A stretch of 64,000 nucleotides of DNA. Source: Thermoproteota archaeon. GTDB taxonomy: Archaea > Asgardarchaeota > Njordarchaeia > Njordarchaeales > Panguiarchaeaceae. The position numbers were made by a program, and so were the translations under genes. The stretch lies in assembly GCA_024720975.1 (NCBI GenBank), contig JANJXX010000001.1, positions 287,408 to 351,407 on the forward strand, read 5' to 3'. A model generated the notes under the pieces. It had not been told where the DNA came from. It did not search any database and was given only the letters and a program-made list of their open reading frames with translations. Shown here piece by piece: positions 26,859 through 35,594 of the stretch. Each line of letters opens with the position of its first letter. Positions within the stretch are counted from its first letter, which is position 1.

Positions 26859-27989
26859 CTAGATCACCTTGTTGACGACTTTCTTTATTTGCTCGGGGAG
26901 AATTTCATCACCACCAAGACCTAAGCTTACAGAGTACACTGGTATTTCGGTATTGTATCTATGCAGGACGCTTCTTAATTCCATCGCAAGAATCCCATCG
27001 TGTCCTATACTTAGATCACGTTCTACAACGATTACCTTGTTTTTGTCCTTGAGGACATCAACAATTTCCTTTGACGGGAAGGGTCTAAAGAACCGAACTT
27101 TTAATGATCCCACGCGCTTTCCTTCCTTTCTCAGTTCAGCAGCGACGTTCTCAGCAGTTTCGGCAATGCTTGCCATTGAAACTATTACTACTTCAGCCCC
27201 ATCAGTTTCGTATTCTTTTATTAAGTCACCGTGGTTTATCCCAAATAACTCCTCGTACTCCTTGACAGTTTTCTTGATTGTATCCTTCGCATTCAGCATT
27301 GCTTTGTGCATGTCCCATCTTAAGTGGACAGTGTCCCACGGCCAAAGTATGTTACCAAAAGCGAAGGGTTTGGACACCTCAGGATTTAGAACATAGTGTG
27401 GCGGGTTATATTCTGGTAGAAACTGATCAACAAGCTCTTGATCATGAATTTGAACTGGTTCGGAAGTGTGCGATAGAACGAAACCTTCTAGGGAGACCAT
27501 AACCGGCAGCAGCACGTGCTTATTCTCAGCAATTTTGTATGCTTGTATTATCGAATCGAGAACCTCCTGATTGTTAGAGGCCCATATTTGAATCCAACCT
27601 AAATCTCGCGCTGATAAAGCATCCATCCAGTCAGCCCATATGTTCCAGGGGGGACCAATAAACCGGTTAACGACGCCCATCACCACTGGTAAGCGCGCAC
27701 CTGCGACCCATGCTATCATTTCATACATATATGCAAAACCGTGCGATGAGGTCGCTGTAAAAGTTCTTGCACCAGCGGCAGAAGCTCCTGCAACTGCTGC
27801 CATGGCACTATGTTCGCTTTCAACACGAATAAACTCAGCGTTAAATTCACCTTTCTCTATCCATTCACTCAATTTTTCTACAATCTGCGTCTGGGGTGTT
27901 ATGGGATAGGCGGCTATAACCTCAACACGGGACAACCTTGCACCCCAAGCTGCAGCTTCATTTCCTGTCAATGCTATTGTCCTTGGCAC
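26859..27989 (-). CDS. porA: Pyruvate/2-oxoacid:ferredoxin oxidoreductase alpha subunit
   Basis: AYPITPQT, VESEHSAM and TATSSHG motifs. GTG 27989 lies 7 nt after GGTG. Confidence 0.93.
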   Translation of the reverse strand: MPRTIALTGNEAAAWGARLSRVEVIAAYPITPQTQIVEKLSEWIEKGEFNAEFIRVESEHSAMAAVAGASAAGARTFTATSSHGFAYMYEMIAWVAGARLPVVMGVVNRFIGPPWNIWADWMDALSARDLGWIQIWASNNQEVLDSIIQAYKIAENKHVLLPVMVSLEGFVLSHTSEPVQIHDQELVDQFLPEYNPPHYVLNPEVSKPFAFGNILWPWDTVHLRWDMHKAMLNAKDTIKKTVKEYEELFGINHGDLIKEYETDGAEVVIVSMASIAETAENVAAELRKEGKRVGSLKVRFFRPFPSKEIVDVLKDKNKVIVVERDLSIGHDGILAMELRSVLHRYNTEIPVYSVSLGLGGDEILPEQIKKVVNKVI

Positions 27990-28130
27990 ATTAGAACACC
28001 AATAAACTTCGGAGAATCTAAAGTTATAACTGTTTATCATATACTTACAGACGCCTGCATAAATTTGTGGGGCTAATGTTAGATAATTACCAGACTTTTA
28101 ATGAGGTTTTGACTTTACTCTCATTTACTG

Positions 28131-28715
28131 GTGAACATGATGCTAATCGAAGTAACTTGGTTGGGTAGGGGCGGACAAGGAGTCGCCCTAGCATCACGCT
28201 TAATTGTTGAAGCACTAAACTTCGAGAATAAATACGCCCAATCAATGATATTCTTTGGTGCTGAGCGTCGCGGTGCTCCTGTTCGTGCGTATAGTAGAAT
28301 TTCGGATACCACAATCAGGTACCACCATTTCGTTCGTAGGCCTGATGTGTTTGTCGTTTTCTCCAGAGAGCTACTGTCAATTGAAAGGGTTTTCGATGAA
28401 ATTAAGGATGGCGGCACACTCATAGTTAATACTCCAGATCTTGACGCTATTAGGAGCTATATTCCCAGCGATAAAAGAATTAAAATCGGCGGTGTTGATG
28501 CCAACAGGATTTCTATAGACCTAAATTTAAAAGTTGCGGGTCTTGTAGTTCCAAACACTGTGATGCTTGGTGCATTCTCAAAAATCATTGGACTGCCATC
28601 CTTGGAGTCTCTAATTAAGGCTATAAAACATGCTTGGGCTGATAATCCTAAACTCGCTGATATTAATTCAGAAGCCGCAAGGAGAGGATTTGAAAACGCA
28701 CAAATGTTTACTTAA
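28131..28715 (+). CDS. porG: 2-oxoacid:ferredoxin oxidoreductase gamma subunit
   Basis: GRGGQG, FGAERRGAPV and NTVMLGA motifs. Confidence 0.93.
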   Translation: MNMMLIEVTWLGRGGQGVALASRLIVEALNFENKYAQSMIFFGAERRGAPVRAYSRISDTTIRYHHFVRRPDVFVVFSRELLSIERVFDEIKDGGTLIVNTPDLDAIRSYIPSDKRIKIGGVDANRISIDLNLKVAGLVVPNTVMLGAFSKIIGLPSLESLIKAIKHAWADNPKLADINSEAARRGFENAQMFT

Positions 28716-28795
28716 ATGCAAAATGTAAATAAGTAAGACTACTTAACACCCTAAGTTTAAAAGATTAATTTCTGAGGCTTTCTATGGGATCCTGT

Positions 28796-29116
28796 ATGAG
28801 TGAGCTAGAAGAGAAAATAATAATCCCAGACGAAGAACTCGATATAATGAAAGCACGAGACAAAATCTTGCTACCCATATCAAAACCGAAAGAAGGTGTC
28901 GCCGGAAAAACAGGGTCATGGAGAGTTTTTAAACCTATTTTCCACGCAGATAAATGTATTAAGTGTTATCAGTGCTACCTCTCATGTCCTGATTCCGCTA
29001 TCATTGTGAGCAATTTTAATGAGTTGCCCAAGTGGAACTACGACTTCTGTAAGGGCTGTGGAATCTGCGCAAATGTCTGTCCTCGAAAAGCTATTGAAAT
29101 GCGTGAAGAAGGCTGA
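28796..29116 (+). CDS. porD: 2-oxoacid:ferredoxin oxidoreductase delta subunit (2x 4Fe-4S)
   Basis: KTGSWR..P, CIKCYQCYLSCP and CKGCGICANVCP motifs. Confidence 0.93.
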   Translation: MSELEEKIIIPDEELDIMKARDKILLPISKPKEGVAGKTGSWRVFKPIFHADKCIKCYQCYLSCPDSAIIVSNFNELPKWNYDFCKGCGICANVCPRKAIEMREEG

Positions 29117-29130
29117 AAGATCAAGTATGC

Positions 29131-29796
29131 CTAGATTCACTCCAACTTAAAAGAATAGTTGCTAACACTGCTTTAAAGTACATTCGAGACGGCATGATAC
29201 TGGGTATTGGGTCCGGATCGACTGTTCGAGAATTCATTGATCTGCTCTCTAAGTTGAGCCTTCAAGTAAAGTGTATACCAACTTCCTATGACACAGAACT
29301 GGCTCTGCGGAGTAGGGGCCTTAATACCATATCCTTGTTAGATGCACATAAAATAGATCTTGCAATTGACGGTGCCGATTCCGTTTTCTTAGATAAGCGT
29401 GTCATAATCAAAGGACATGGGGGTGCATTTCTACGCGAAAAAATTGTAGACTATCTTGCCGACGAGTTCATCGTAATAATAACTGAAGAAAAGCTTGAAC
29501 GCGTAGTTCCAGTTCCTGTGGAAGTACTTCCATTTGCATATTCTAAATTCATGTTGAATGAGTTATCAAAATATGGAAATCCTCAACTAAGAAGCGCAAG
29601 AGACAAACTTGGACCAGTAGTGACCGACAACGGAAACTGGATCATTGATATAGATATCCAACCAAACCTTATCTCTAGGAGTCTTGAAATTGAATTAAAA
29701 AGCATCCCTGGAGTGATAGAAAGCGGCGTCTTCGTGCGAGATGCACGAATCTTAGTTGCGCGAAAGGATGGTAAAGTTGAGGAAAAGACGATCTAG
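29131..29796 (+). CDS. rpiA: Ribose-5-phosphate isomerase A (start ambiguous)
   Basis: GIGSGST, DGAD, KGHGGA..REKIV and TDNGN motifs. The N-terminal helix LKRIVANTALKYI is in frame upstream of ATG 29194. Confidence 0.93.
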   Translation, partial: LDSLQLKRIVANTALKYIRDGMILGIGSGSTVREFIDLLSKLSLQVKCIPTSYDTELALRSRGLNTISLLDAHKIDLAIDGADSVFLDKRVIIKGHGGAFLREKIVDYLADEFIVIITEEKLERVVPVPVEVLPFAYSKFMLNELSKYGNPQLRSARDKLGPVVTDNGNWIIDIDIQPNLISRSLEIELKSIPGVIESGVFVRDARILVARKDGKVEEKTI

Positions 29797-30097
29797 AAGG
29801 AATGCATTAAAATTGCGGAGACTACTAGCTAAAAACCATATAGACTGCCTTATGAAACAAGCAATGATGCTAGCAAGTCAAGGCCATAATGAACTCGCCG
29901 AAAGATCTGCTAAAATAGCAAGAAAGATCAGTAAGTGGTTAGGCTTTGGAATACGTAGGTGGCGGTACTTTTTTTGCAAACACTGTAAAAGTTTTATTTT
30001 TCCAGACATGAGGGTACGAGTAAGAAACAATAGATTTACTCATATTGTAATTCTCTGCAAAAAATGTGGGAACTATAACAGAATAAGAGTTAAGTAA
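29768..30097 (+). CDS. rnp4: Ribonuclease P protein Rpp21
   Basis: FCKHC...RVR...CKKCG..R zinc ribbon preceded by two helices. Confidence 0.88.
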   Translation: MVKLRKRRSRRNALKLRRLLAKNHIDCLMKQAMMLASQGHNELAERSAKIARKISKWLGFGIRRWRYFFCKHCKSFIFPDMRVRVRNNRFTHIVILCKKCGNYNRIRVK

Positions 30098-30109
30098 GTC
30101 AAACACACC

Positions 30110-30445
30110 TCAACCTAATATTTCTCGAATTACTTCCTGGGGTAAGTCATCATCAACAGTTCTGTTATATAACTTTTCTTGAATCTCCCTAGCATCTTGA
30201 CTTACTTTTGCTGCCATACCAAACATTTTTCCATTCACTCCATGTGCCAGACGAGAGACGAGAAATTTTGTCTTTACGTCGGCTTTAGCACCTATCCACA
30301 TGTATATTATCGAATCCTTATCTTCGACCAAGAGTGCGCAAACATCATCCTTCAACAGTTCATTGACGACTTTGCCTTTAGCAGATTCCACGTTTGAGCC
30401 TTTCATCAGTACTCCGCGAAGCATTTGTTTTTCACCCTTAAGCAT
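30110..30445 (-). CDS. Single-domain gelsolin-like protein (Asgard type)
   Basis: LLKDDVCALLVED...IIYMWIGAKA..KTKFLVSRLA is the gelsolin core pattern (L...D.f.l....iy.W.G..s...k). Confidence 0.72.
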   Translation of the reverse strand: MLKGEKQMLRGVLMKGSNVESAKGKVVNELLKDDVCALLVEDKDSIIYMWIGAKADVKTKFLVSRLAHGVNGKMFGMAAKVSQDAREIQEKLYNRTVDDDLPQEVIREILG

Positions 30446-30691
30446 ACAAGATAGTCATTCTAAATTGTATTAAAAAAGATGAACCTTTACTGCACTACAA
30501 TACACATCCTTAACTACGCGAATACGAAGGAACTAGATAGAACTGGTATCTTAATCCACTAGTGCTAGTAGCCAATATTTTGATATTTCTAGTATCCAGT
30601 ACTTGATTCAATGTATGCCTTCCATGAAAGCTAAGAGCTTTAATTCCAGAATTTCTTTAGCTTTCAACATGAAAAACCTCGGTGATGAAGA

Positions 30692-31792
30692 ATGAAAATA
30701 ACTGTAAGTGTTATCAAAGCTGATATCGGAAGTATCGCTGGTCATGTAAGAGTGCACCAAGACACCATAGAGGTAGCTAAGAAAAAACTCGAGACGGCCA
30801 AGGAAGAAGGCCTTGTAATAGATTATTATGTATTCAATGCCGGGGATGACCTAGAGCTTTTAATTACACATACCAAAGGAGTAGATAACCCAGAAATTCA
30901 CGAGCTTTCATGGGAGATATTTAAGGAATCCGCAAAAAAAGCTAAGGAATTGAAGCTATATGCCGCTGGACAAGATCTATTAAAGGAATCATTTAGCGGC
31001 AACATAAAGGGCATGGGACCTGGAGTTGCTGAGATTGAATTTGAAGAGAGACCCGCAGAGCCTTTTGCGGTATTTGCTGCTGATAAGACAGAGCCAGGAG
31101 CCTTTAATCTACCAGTATTTAGAATATTTGCGGATCCGTTTAATACGGCAGGACTGATTATAGACCCAAAGATGCACGCAGGATTCAAATTTATAATAAT
31201 GGACGTCATAGAAGGAAAAGAAATAGAACTCCAAACTCCTGAAGATCTATACGATATTTTAGCTCTTATAGGGCATACTGGTCGGTACATAATAAAATTC
31301 GTCTACTCAAAAGATCCTACGATAGGAGTAGCTGCTGCCGTATCAACTCAGAGATTATCGCTGATTGCTGGACGTTACATTGGAAAAGATGACCCCGTCT
31401 GTATTATAAGAGCACAACATGGGTTACCTGCCATGGGTGAGATTCTCGAAGCGTTCTCGCAAGCGCATCTTGTTAAAGGATGGATGCGTGGGTCCCATCA
31501 TGGTCCTCTAATGCCAGTGCCGCTTAAGTATTCGCAGTGCACGCGATTTGATGGCCCGCCAAGAGTTGTTGGACTCGGATTTAATCTTTGCGAAGGAAAA
31601 CTTATTGGACCTATAGACCTGTTTGACGATCCGGCATTTGATTTAGTACGACAAAAGGCAATGCTAATAACCGACTACATTAGGAGCATGGGCCCGTTTG
31701 AGCCTCATATGTTAGGTCCTGAGGAACTTGAATACACTACGCTACCAGAGGTTCTTAAGAGGCTTAAGAATCGTTGGCGGGAGAGTACATAA
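30692..31792 (+). CDS. fbp: Fructose-1,6-bisphosphate aldolase/phosphatase (class V)
   Basis: IKADIGS, GDD, GQDLL, DKTEPGAFN, YIGKDDP and GWMRGSH motifs. Confidence 0.97.
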   Translation: MKITVSVIKADIGSIAGHVRVHQDTIEVAKKKLETAKEEGLVIDYYVFNAGDDLELLITHTKGVDNPEIHELSWEIFKESAKKAKELKLYAAGQDLLKESFSGNIKGMGPGVAEIEFEERPAEPFAVFAADKTEPGAFNLPVFRIFADPFNTAGLIIDPKMHAGFKFIIMDVIEGKEIELQTPEDLYDILALIGHTGRYIIKFVYSKDPTIGVAAAVSTQRLSLIAGRYIGKDDPVCIIRAQHGLPAMGEILEAFSQAHLVKGWMRGSHHGPLMPVPLKYSQCTRFDGPPRVVGLGFNLCEGKLIGPIDLFDDPAFDLVRQKAMLITDYIRSMGPFEPHMLGPEELEYTTLPEVLKRLKNRWREST

Positions 31793-31889
31793 TCTAGCTA
31801 CGTAATTAACTCAAACTTAAAAAGATGTACTGTCTAAATCTTTCTTTATAATTGTAGCAATTAATTACAAAATTTTTGATAAAGTGAGT

Positions 31890-31998
31890 GCCGCCGTGGC
31901 GTAGGGGTTTGCGCGCCGGACTCATAATCAGCCTGTCATGGGACGTAAGAGCCGAACCCAACATCCGGAGGTCGCGGGTTCGAGTCCCGCCGGCGGCA
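31890..31998 (+). tRNA. tRNA-Met(CAT), elongator, with two abutting 18-nt introns at 37/38 (31927-31944, 31945-31962)
   Basis: Acceptor GCCGCCG/CGGCGGC, A73. Spliced arm CCGGA-CTCATAA-TCCGG. Two BHB motifs (CTCA/TGGG and TGGG/CCCA). Confidence 0.9.
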
Positions 31999-32251
31999 CT
32001 CAATTAAAACTCTCAGGCTCTACTCCGCATAGCGACTTTAATTTTCGGCAGAGATTATAACGATTATTACATTAGACTAAACTTCAAGAAGTGTTCTTGA
32101 TAAAGACGCGCAAAACACCCCGAAATAATTAGTATCAAATACACCTTCGCATTCACAAATCTTGAGGAAGGAAAGTACTGCACTAGTTATAAAGTCCACA
32201 CAGTTCAATTGCTGTGCTGATATGCCAATCAAGATGAAGAAATTAGGAAAG

Positions 32252-32402
32252 TCGGCCCGGGGGGATTTGAACCCCCGACCTACCGGTGTCTGCAAGATTT
32301 ACAATACTACATAACATGTACGAGCGGCTACTGAGTACCCTCCGGGAGTTAGCTCACCGGAGGGCTACAGCCGGCCGCTCTAGTCCGCTGAGCTACGGGC
32401 CG
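32252..32402 (-). tRNA. tRNA-Tyr(GTA) with a 77-nt intron (32288-32364)
   Basis: C1-G72 acceptor CGGCCCG/CGGGCCG, arm GCCGG-CTGTAG|A-CCGGT, BHB central helix CTGT/GCAG. Confidence 0.92.
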
Positions 32403-32418
32403 TGTGAACTCCTAGTAG

Positions 32419-32512
32419 TGGGGGCGAGGGGATTTGAACCCCCGATCTACCGGTCGCTCCTATTTTTCAGCAACTGGAGCCGGCCGCGTTCACCTGGCTA
32501 CGCCACGCCCCC
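32419..32512 (-). tRNA. tRNA-Trp(CCA) with a 19-nt intron (32455-32473)
   Basis: Acceptor GGGGGCG/CGCCCCC, arm GCCGG-CTCCAG|A-CCGGT, BHB helix CTCC/GGAG. Lies 16 nt upstream of tRNA-Tyr. Confidence 0.94.
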
Positions 32513-32788
32513 TTCGACTTTAATTGAAGGACACATCAATGCTATAATATTTCTATACACTACATCCTTTAAAAAGTTAAGATTCGCTATTTCGATTTTC
32601 TGACTGTTGCTTGTTACTACAATCGATCGATTATACAAGCAAAGCTAAAGAGGGTATGCTGCACGGACTCGTATTAAAAGCAGGGTTTTAAATTCCTTAT
32701 TATTGCCACATTAATAAATGTCTAAAAGTAAATATCTACATTTCTGCATGCTAATAGCTCGTTTTTACATTTACGGTTTGTGATCATA

Positions 32789-33463
32789 ATGGCAGAAGTT
32801 AGCCTTACTACATTAGCTAAAGAGGCAATAGAACTAAAGAAGAAAATTGATGAACTTGCGCAAAAAGTAAACGACTTAGATATTTTTATGCGAGAAGTTG
32901 TTATGGTTCTAATCGACGTAATAAACACTACACACGCTACCATCGATGAACTCGAAAAAAGAACTGATAATATAGAGCAAGTTCTGCTTGGTAAAAAACC
33001 CTTGGAGGCTCTAAAACTGGAAGCCCGCGAGATTGAGAGCGCTAAGGCACCAGAGACTCCTATAGAAATACCAACTGGGGGACCAAGACCACCATCAACT
33101 CCACCTCCAATAGAACCGATAGAGAAAGTACACACTCCAGAAAGTACGCCTACTACGCAGGGCACTATGATTGAATATAAGCAACCGTCCCTTCCTACGC
33201 CTCAGAGCCAGTTAACACCAAGGGAGGCCATCCCACAAGCACAACAGATACAGAGCCCGCAAGAACTACCTAAACCACCAATAACACAGCCCATGACTCA
33301 ACCAACCCAGATGCCTTCACAGCAAGCTGGCATTCAAACTAGTCAGCAGACTACTCCCGCCCCAACCCCTGCTCCAAGCCCAGTCCCTCCGGGTCTTCAC
33401 GGACGCTTAGAAGTTATATTCCAGCTTAAGGAAGCCTTAGCTAAGAGGAAGAAACAGACTTGA
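32789..33463 (+). CDS. Coiled-coil / Pro-Gln-Thr-rich linker / basic C-terminal helix protein
   Basis: About 90-aa heptad N-terminus, about 110-aa P/Q/T-rich linker, and C-terminus GRLEVIFQLKEALAKRKKQT. Confidence 0.7.
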   Translation: MAEVSLTTLAKEAIELKKKIDELAQKVNDLDIFMREVVMVLIDVINTTHATIDELEKRTDNIEQVLLGKKPLEALKLEAREIESAKAPETPIEIPTGGPRPPSTPPPIEPIEKVHTPESTPTTQGTMIEYKQPSLPTPQSQLTPREAIPQAQQIQSPQELPKPPITQPMTQPTQMPSQQAGIQTSQQTTPAPTPAPSPVPPGLHGRLEVIFQLKEALAKRKKQT

Positions 33464-33491
33464 CTTTTGCTACATTTAAACAAACTACCAG

Positions 33492-34016
33492 TTGATAGGA
33501 TTGGTTAGGGAGATCTCACTTCTGGGAGCAGTGATTGACGATACTATTGCAAGAGAGATTTATGAGTACATTAGCCGCACTATTAGCAAATTTCAAACAA
33601 ACTTTCATGAAGTTTATGCGAAAGCTGTAAGTTATGTCATAACTGGTAAGGTTAGCCTACTAAATTGTCATACAACAAAAAAAGCGCTGATACAACTGCT
33701 GTTTATGGTTGGTGACAATGACAGAATTACGCTAATATCCTTTAACAGGTTCCAAAAATTTGCTCCGATTTATGCTTCGGCCTATTGTTCATGTCCAGAC
33801 TTTGTTTTTAATGTAAAAAAAGACCACGGAAGACCCTTTTGTGCTCACATTATTGCCGGGTTTCTATGCCTGAAGAGTGCACTAGGTAGCATTCTTGAAA
33901 CTTCAGATTTATCATATAGATGTGCGCTTGATAGACACAATCTAAGTGCCATTGAGGCAGTTCACATATGTGTTGATAGGTTGCTTAGTGAAAAACACCA
34001 TGAAAAAGAAGACTAA
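33492..34016 (+). CDS. SWIM zinc-finger protein (ZSWIM7/Sws1-like)
   Basis: YCSCPDF...FCAHIIA (CxC...CxH). Confidence 0.75.
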   Translation: MIGLVREISLLGAVIDDTIAREIYEYISRTISKFQTNFHEVYAKAVSYVITGKVSLLNCHTTKKALIQLLFMVGDNDRITLISFNRFQKFAPIYASAYCSCPDFVFNVKKDHGRPFCAHIIAGFLCLKSALGSILETSDLSYRCALDRHNLSAIEAVHICVDRLLSEKHHEKED

Positions 34017-34443
34017 AACTAAAATCCTCGTCGCGGGCACATTCGACATAATCCACTCTGGTCATATAAAGTTCTTATATGCTGCCAAGAGTCTTGCCAA
34101 TGACTCGGAACTAATCGTCGTGGTTGCACGCGACAGAAACGTCAAACGCATAAAGGGTCATGAACCCATATTTGGCGAAACCGAAAGACTTGAGATAGTC
34201 AGCGCACTTAAACCCGTGGATAAGGCAATTCTAGGGCTCGATTCAGATAATATTTTCGAAATCCTTAAGGTTATTAAACCTGACATAGTAGCGCTAGGAT
34301 ACGACCAAAAAATATCCGAAAGTGAGTTAATTACCTGGGCAGAGAGGCAGGGACTTAAACTCAAAATTGTCAGATTACCTAAATTCAGTGCTGGTATAAG
34401 TTCATCGTCAGAAGTCCGCCGCAAGTTAATGGAAAAAGATTGA
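34000..34443 (+). CDS. ribL: FAD synthase (cytidylyltransferase family)
   Basis: GTFDIIHSGH, VVARD, PDIVALGYDQ and SSS motifs. Confidence 0.88.
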   Translation: MKKKTKTKILVAGTFDIIHSGHIKFLYAAKSLANDSELIVVVARDRNVKRIKGHEPIFGETERLEIVSALKPVDKAILGLDSDNIFEILKVIKPDIVALGYDQKISESELITWAERQGLKLKIVRLPKFSAGISSSSEVRRKLMEKD

Positions 34444-34647
34444 TACCATACATAATTTTGTTTTAATCTCAAATGTGAAGCCTTCTTGGTTATGACCCAG
34501 TCTTGGTTTAACGATAGCCAACAATCTGTGTTATTATTTATATTTTTATGTATATTGTAAGACTACCAATAGCAAGTCCTTATCAACCACGCGTCATGAT
34601 AACTATTTTTCCTTCGCCGCTATAAGAAAATATAATTGGTGATCTCC

Positions 34648-35196
34648 ATGACAGAAAGAAAGCAGTTTTCAACAGGACTTGTAATCGCTGCTGGTTATGC
34701 TAGCAAGTTAAGGCGCACACTGTTAGCACAAACTAGACACTTAGTGGATCCGAGGGATGCTATACGAATTTCAGCGCTGATAAATCAGCATCTGTTTAAT
34801 CTCTTTCGCGAAAAAGGCGTTGATAAACAAGATGCTGTCCGGATACGATTCATATACACTATCAAAGACGGAAAAATAGATATCGACTGGAATTCTTTCA
34901 CGATTGAGCATTACAAGAAAGTACTAACTCTTGAGAAGATTCCACCTCCGGAGCACGGACTAGAGGAAGTTATCAAAAACGTTAGAGAGCTAGAGTGGGA
35001 TGAAGATATTTTTAGGAACCTTAAAGTCGAAGGCGAGGAAGTACGAAACGAAGGACGAAAGTGGATTATTAAAGGAAAGAACTGGCTGGCAGAAGCCTAT
35101 GAGAAAGAAAAAATAATAATAACCTACACAGGAACTATGGGAGAATTTGGAGATTGGCTGAGAAAAATCCTAGGCTGGAAAGAGGAGGGAGAGTAA
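34648..35196 (+). CDS. DUF2258 (ThermoDBP-related single-stranded nucleic-acid-binding protein)
   Basis: STGLVIAAGYASKLRRTL...N..LF...VDK.DAVRI...IDW pattern. Confidence 0.82.
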   Translation: MTERKQFSTGLVIAAGYASKLRRTLLAQTRHLVDPRDAIRISALINQHLFNLFREKGVDKQDAVRIRFIYTIKDGKIDIDWNSFTIEHYKKVLTLEKIPPPEHGLEEVIKNVRELEWDEDIFRNLKVEGEEVRNEGRKWIIKGKNWLAEAYEKEKIIITYTGTMGEFGDWLRKILGWKEEGE

Positions 35197-35197
35197 T

Positions 35198-35503
35198 TTG
35201 GTAGAGGAAAAGCAGATCCCCTTAGAGGAGGCTAAGAAACTTGTTCAAGAGGCTTTGGTCAGCACTGGCTTAGTCATTAAAACCTCTGACTATATATACG
35301 CTATCTACGAAAAAGCACCTGACAAATGGATTAACGTTTCGATAATTCTTGACGAAAAAACTGCGTGGGTTTCCGAAGCGACTACGAAAAAAGCTATTCT
35401 TCTACTTATTGATGAAGTTAGCAAATCTTTACCTCAATACAAAGATCAATGGAAACCTATCCTAGACGAAGCCGAGCTAGAAGATATATTATCAGAAGTC
35501 TAA
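35198..35503 (+). CDS. Hypothetical protein, coupled to the DUF2258 gene
   Basis: GGAG SD and a 1-nt gap after the upstream stop. Shares an STGLVI motif with the upstream gene. Confidence 0.6.
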   Translation: MVEEKQIPLEEAKKLVQEALVSTGLVIKTSDYIYAIYEKAPDKWINVSIILDEKTAWVSEATTKKAILLLIDEVSKSLPQYKDQWKPILDEAELEDILSEV

Positions 35504-35594
35504 TTCGATAAAGCTAGTCACACTAACTTATTATTTTTTCAGAAGAAATATTGCCAAAAATTCATAGCTTAATTAAACACGCTGGGACGATAAA

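Noticed and set aside
31948-31958. D' guide of the 3970 sRNA pairing with tRNA-Met intron 2
   Set aside because: Only 7 contiguous pairs with a mismatch near the D'+5 site, which is compatible with chance.
32455-32473. Intron-encoded C/D guide in tRNA-Trp, as in Euryarchaeota
   Set aside because: The intron is only 19 nt, with a lone CTGA and no C box.
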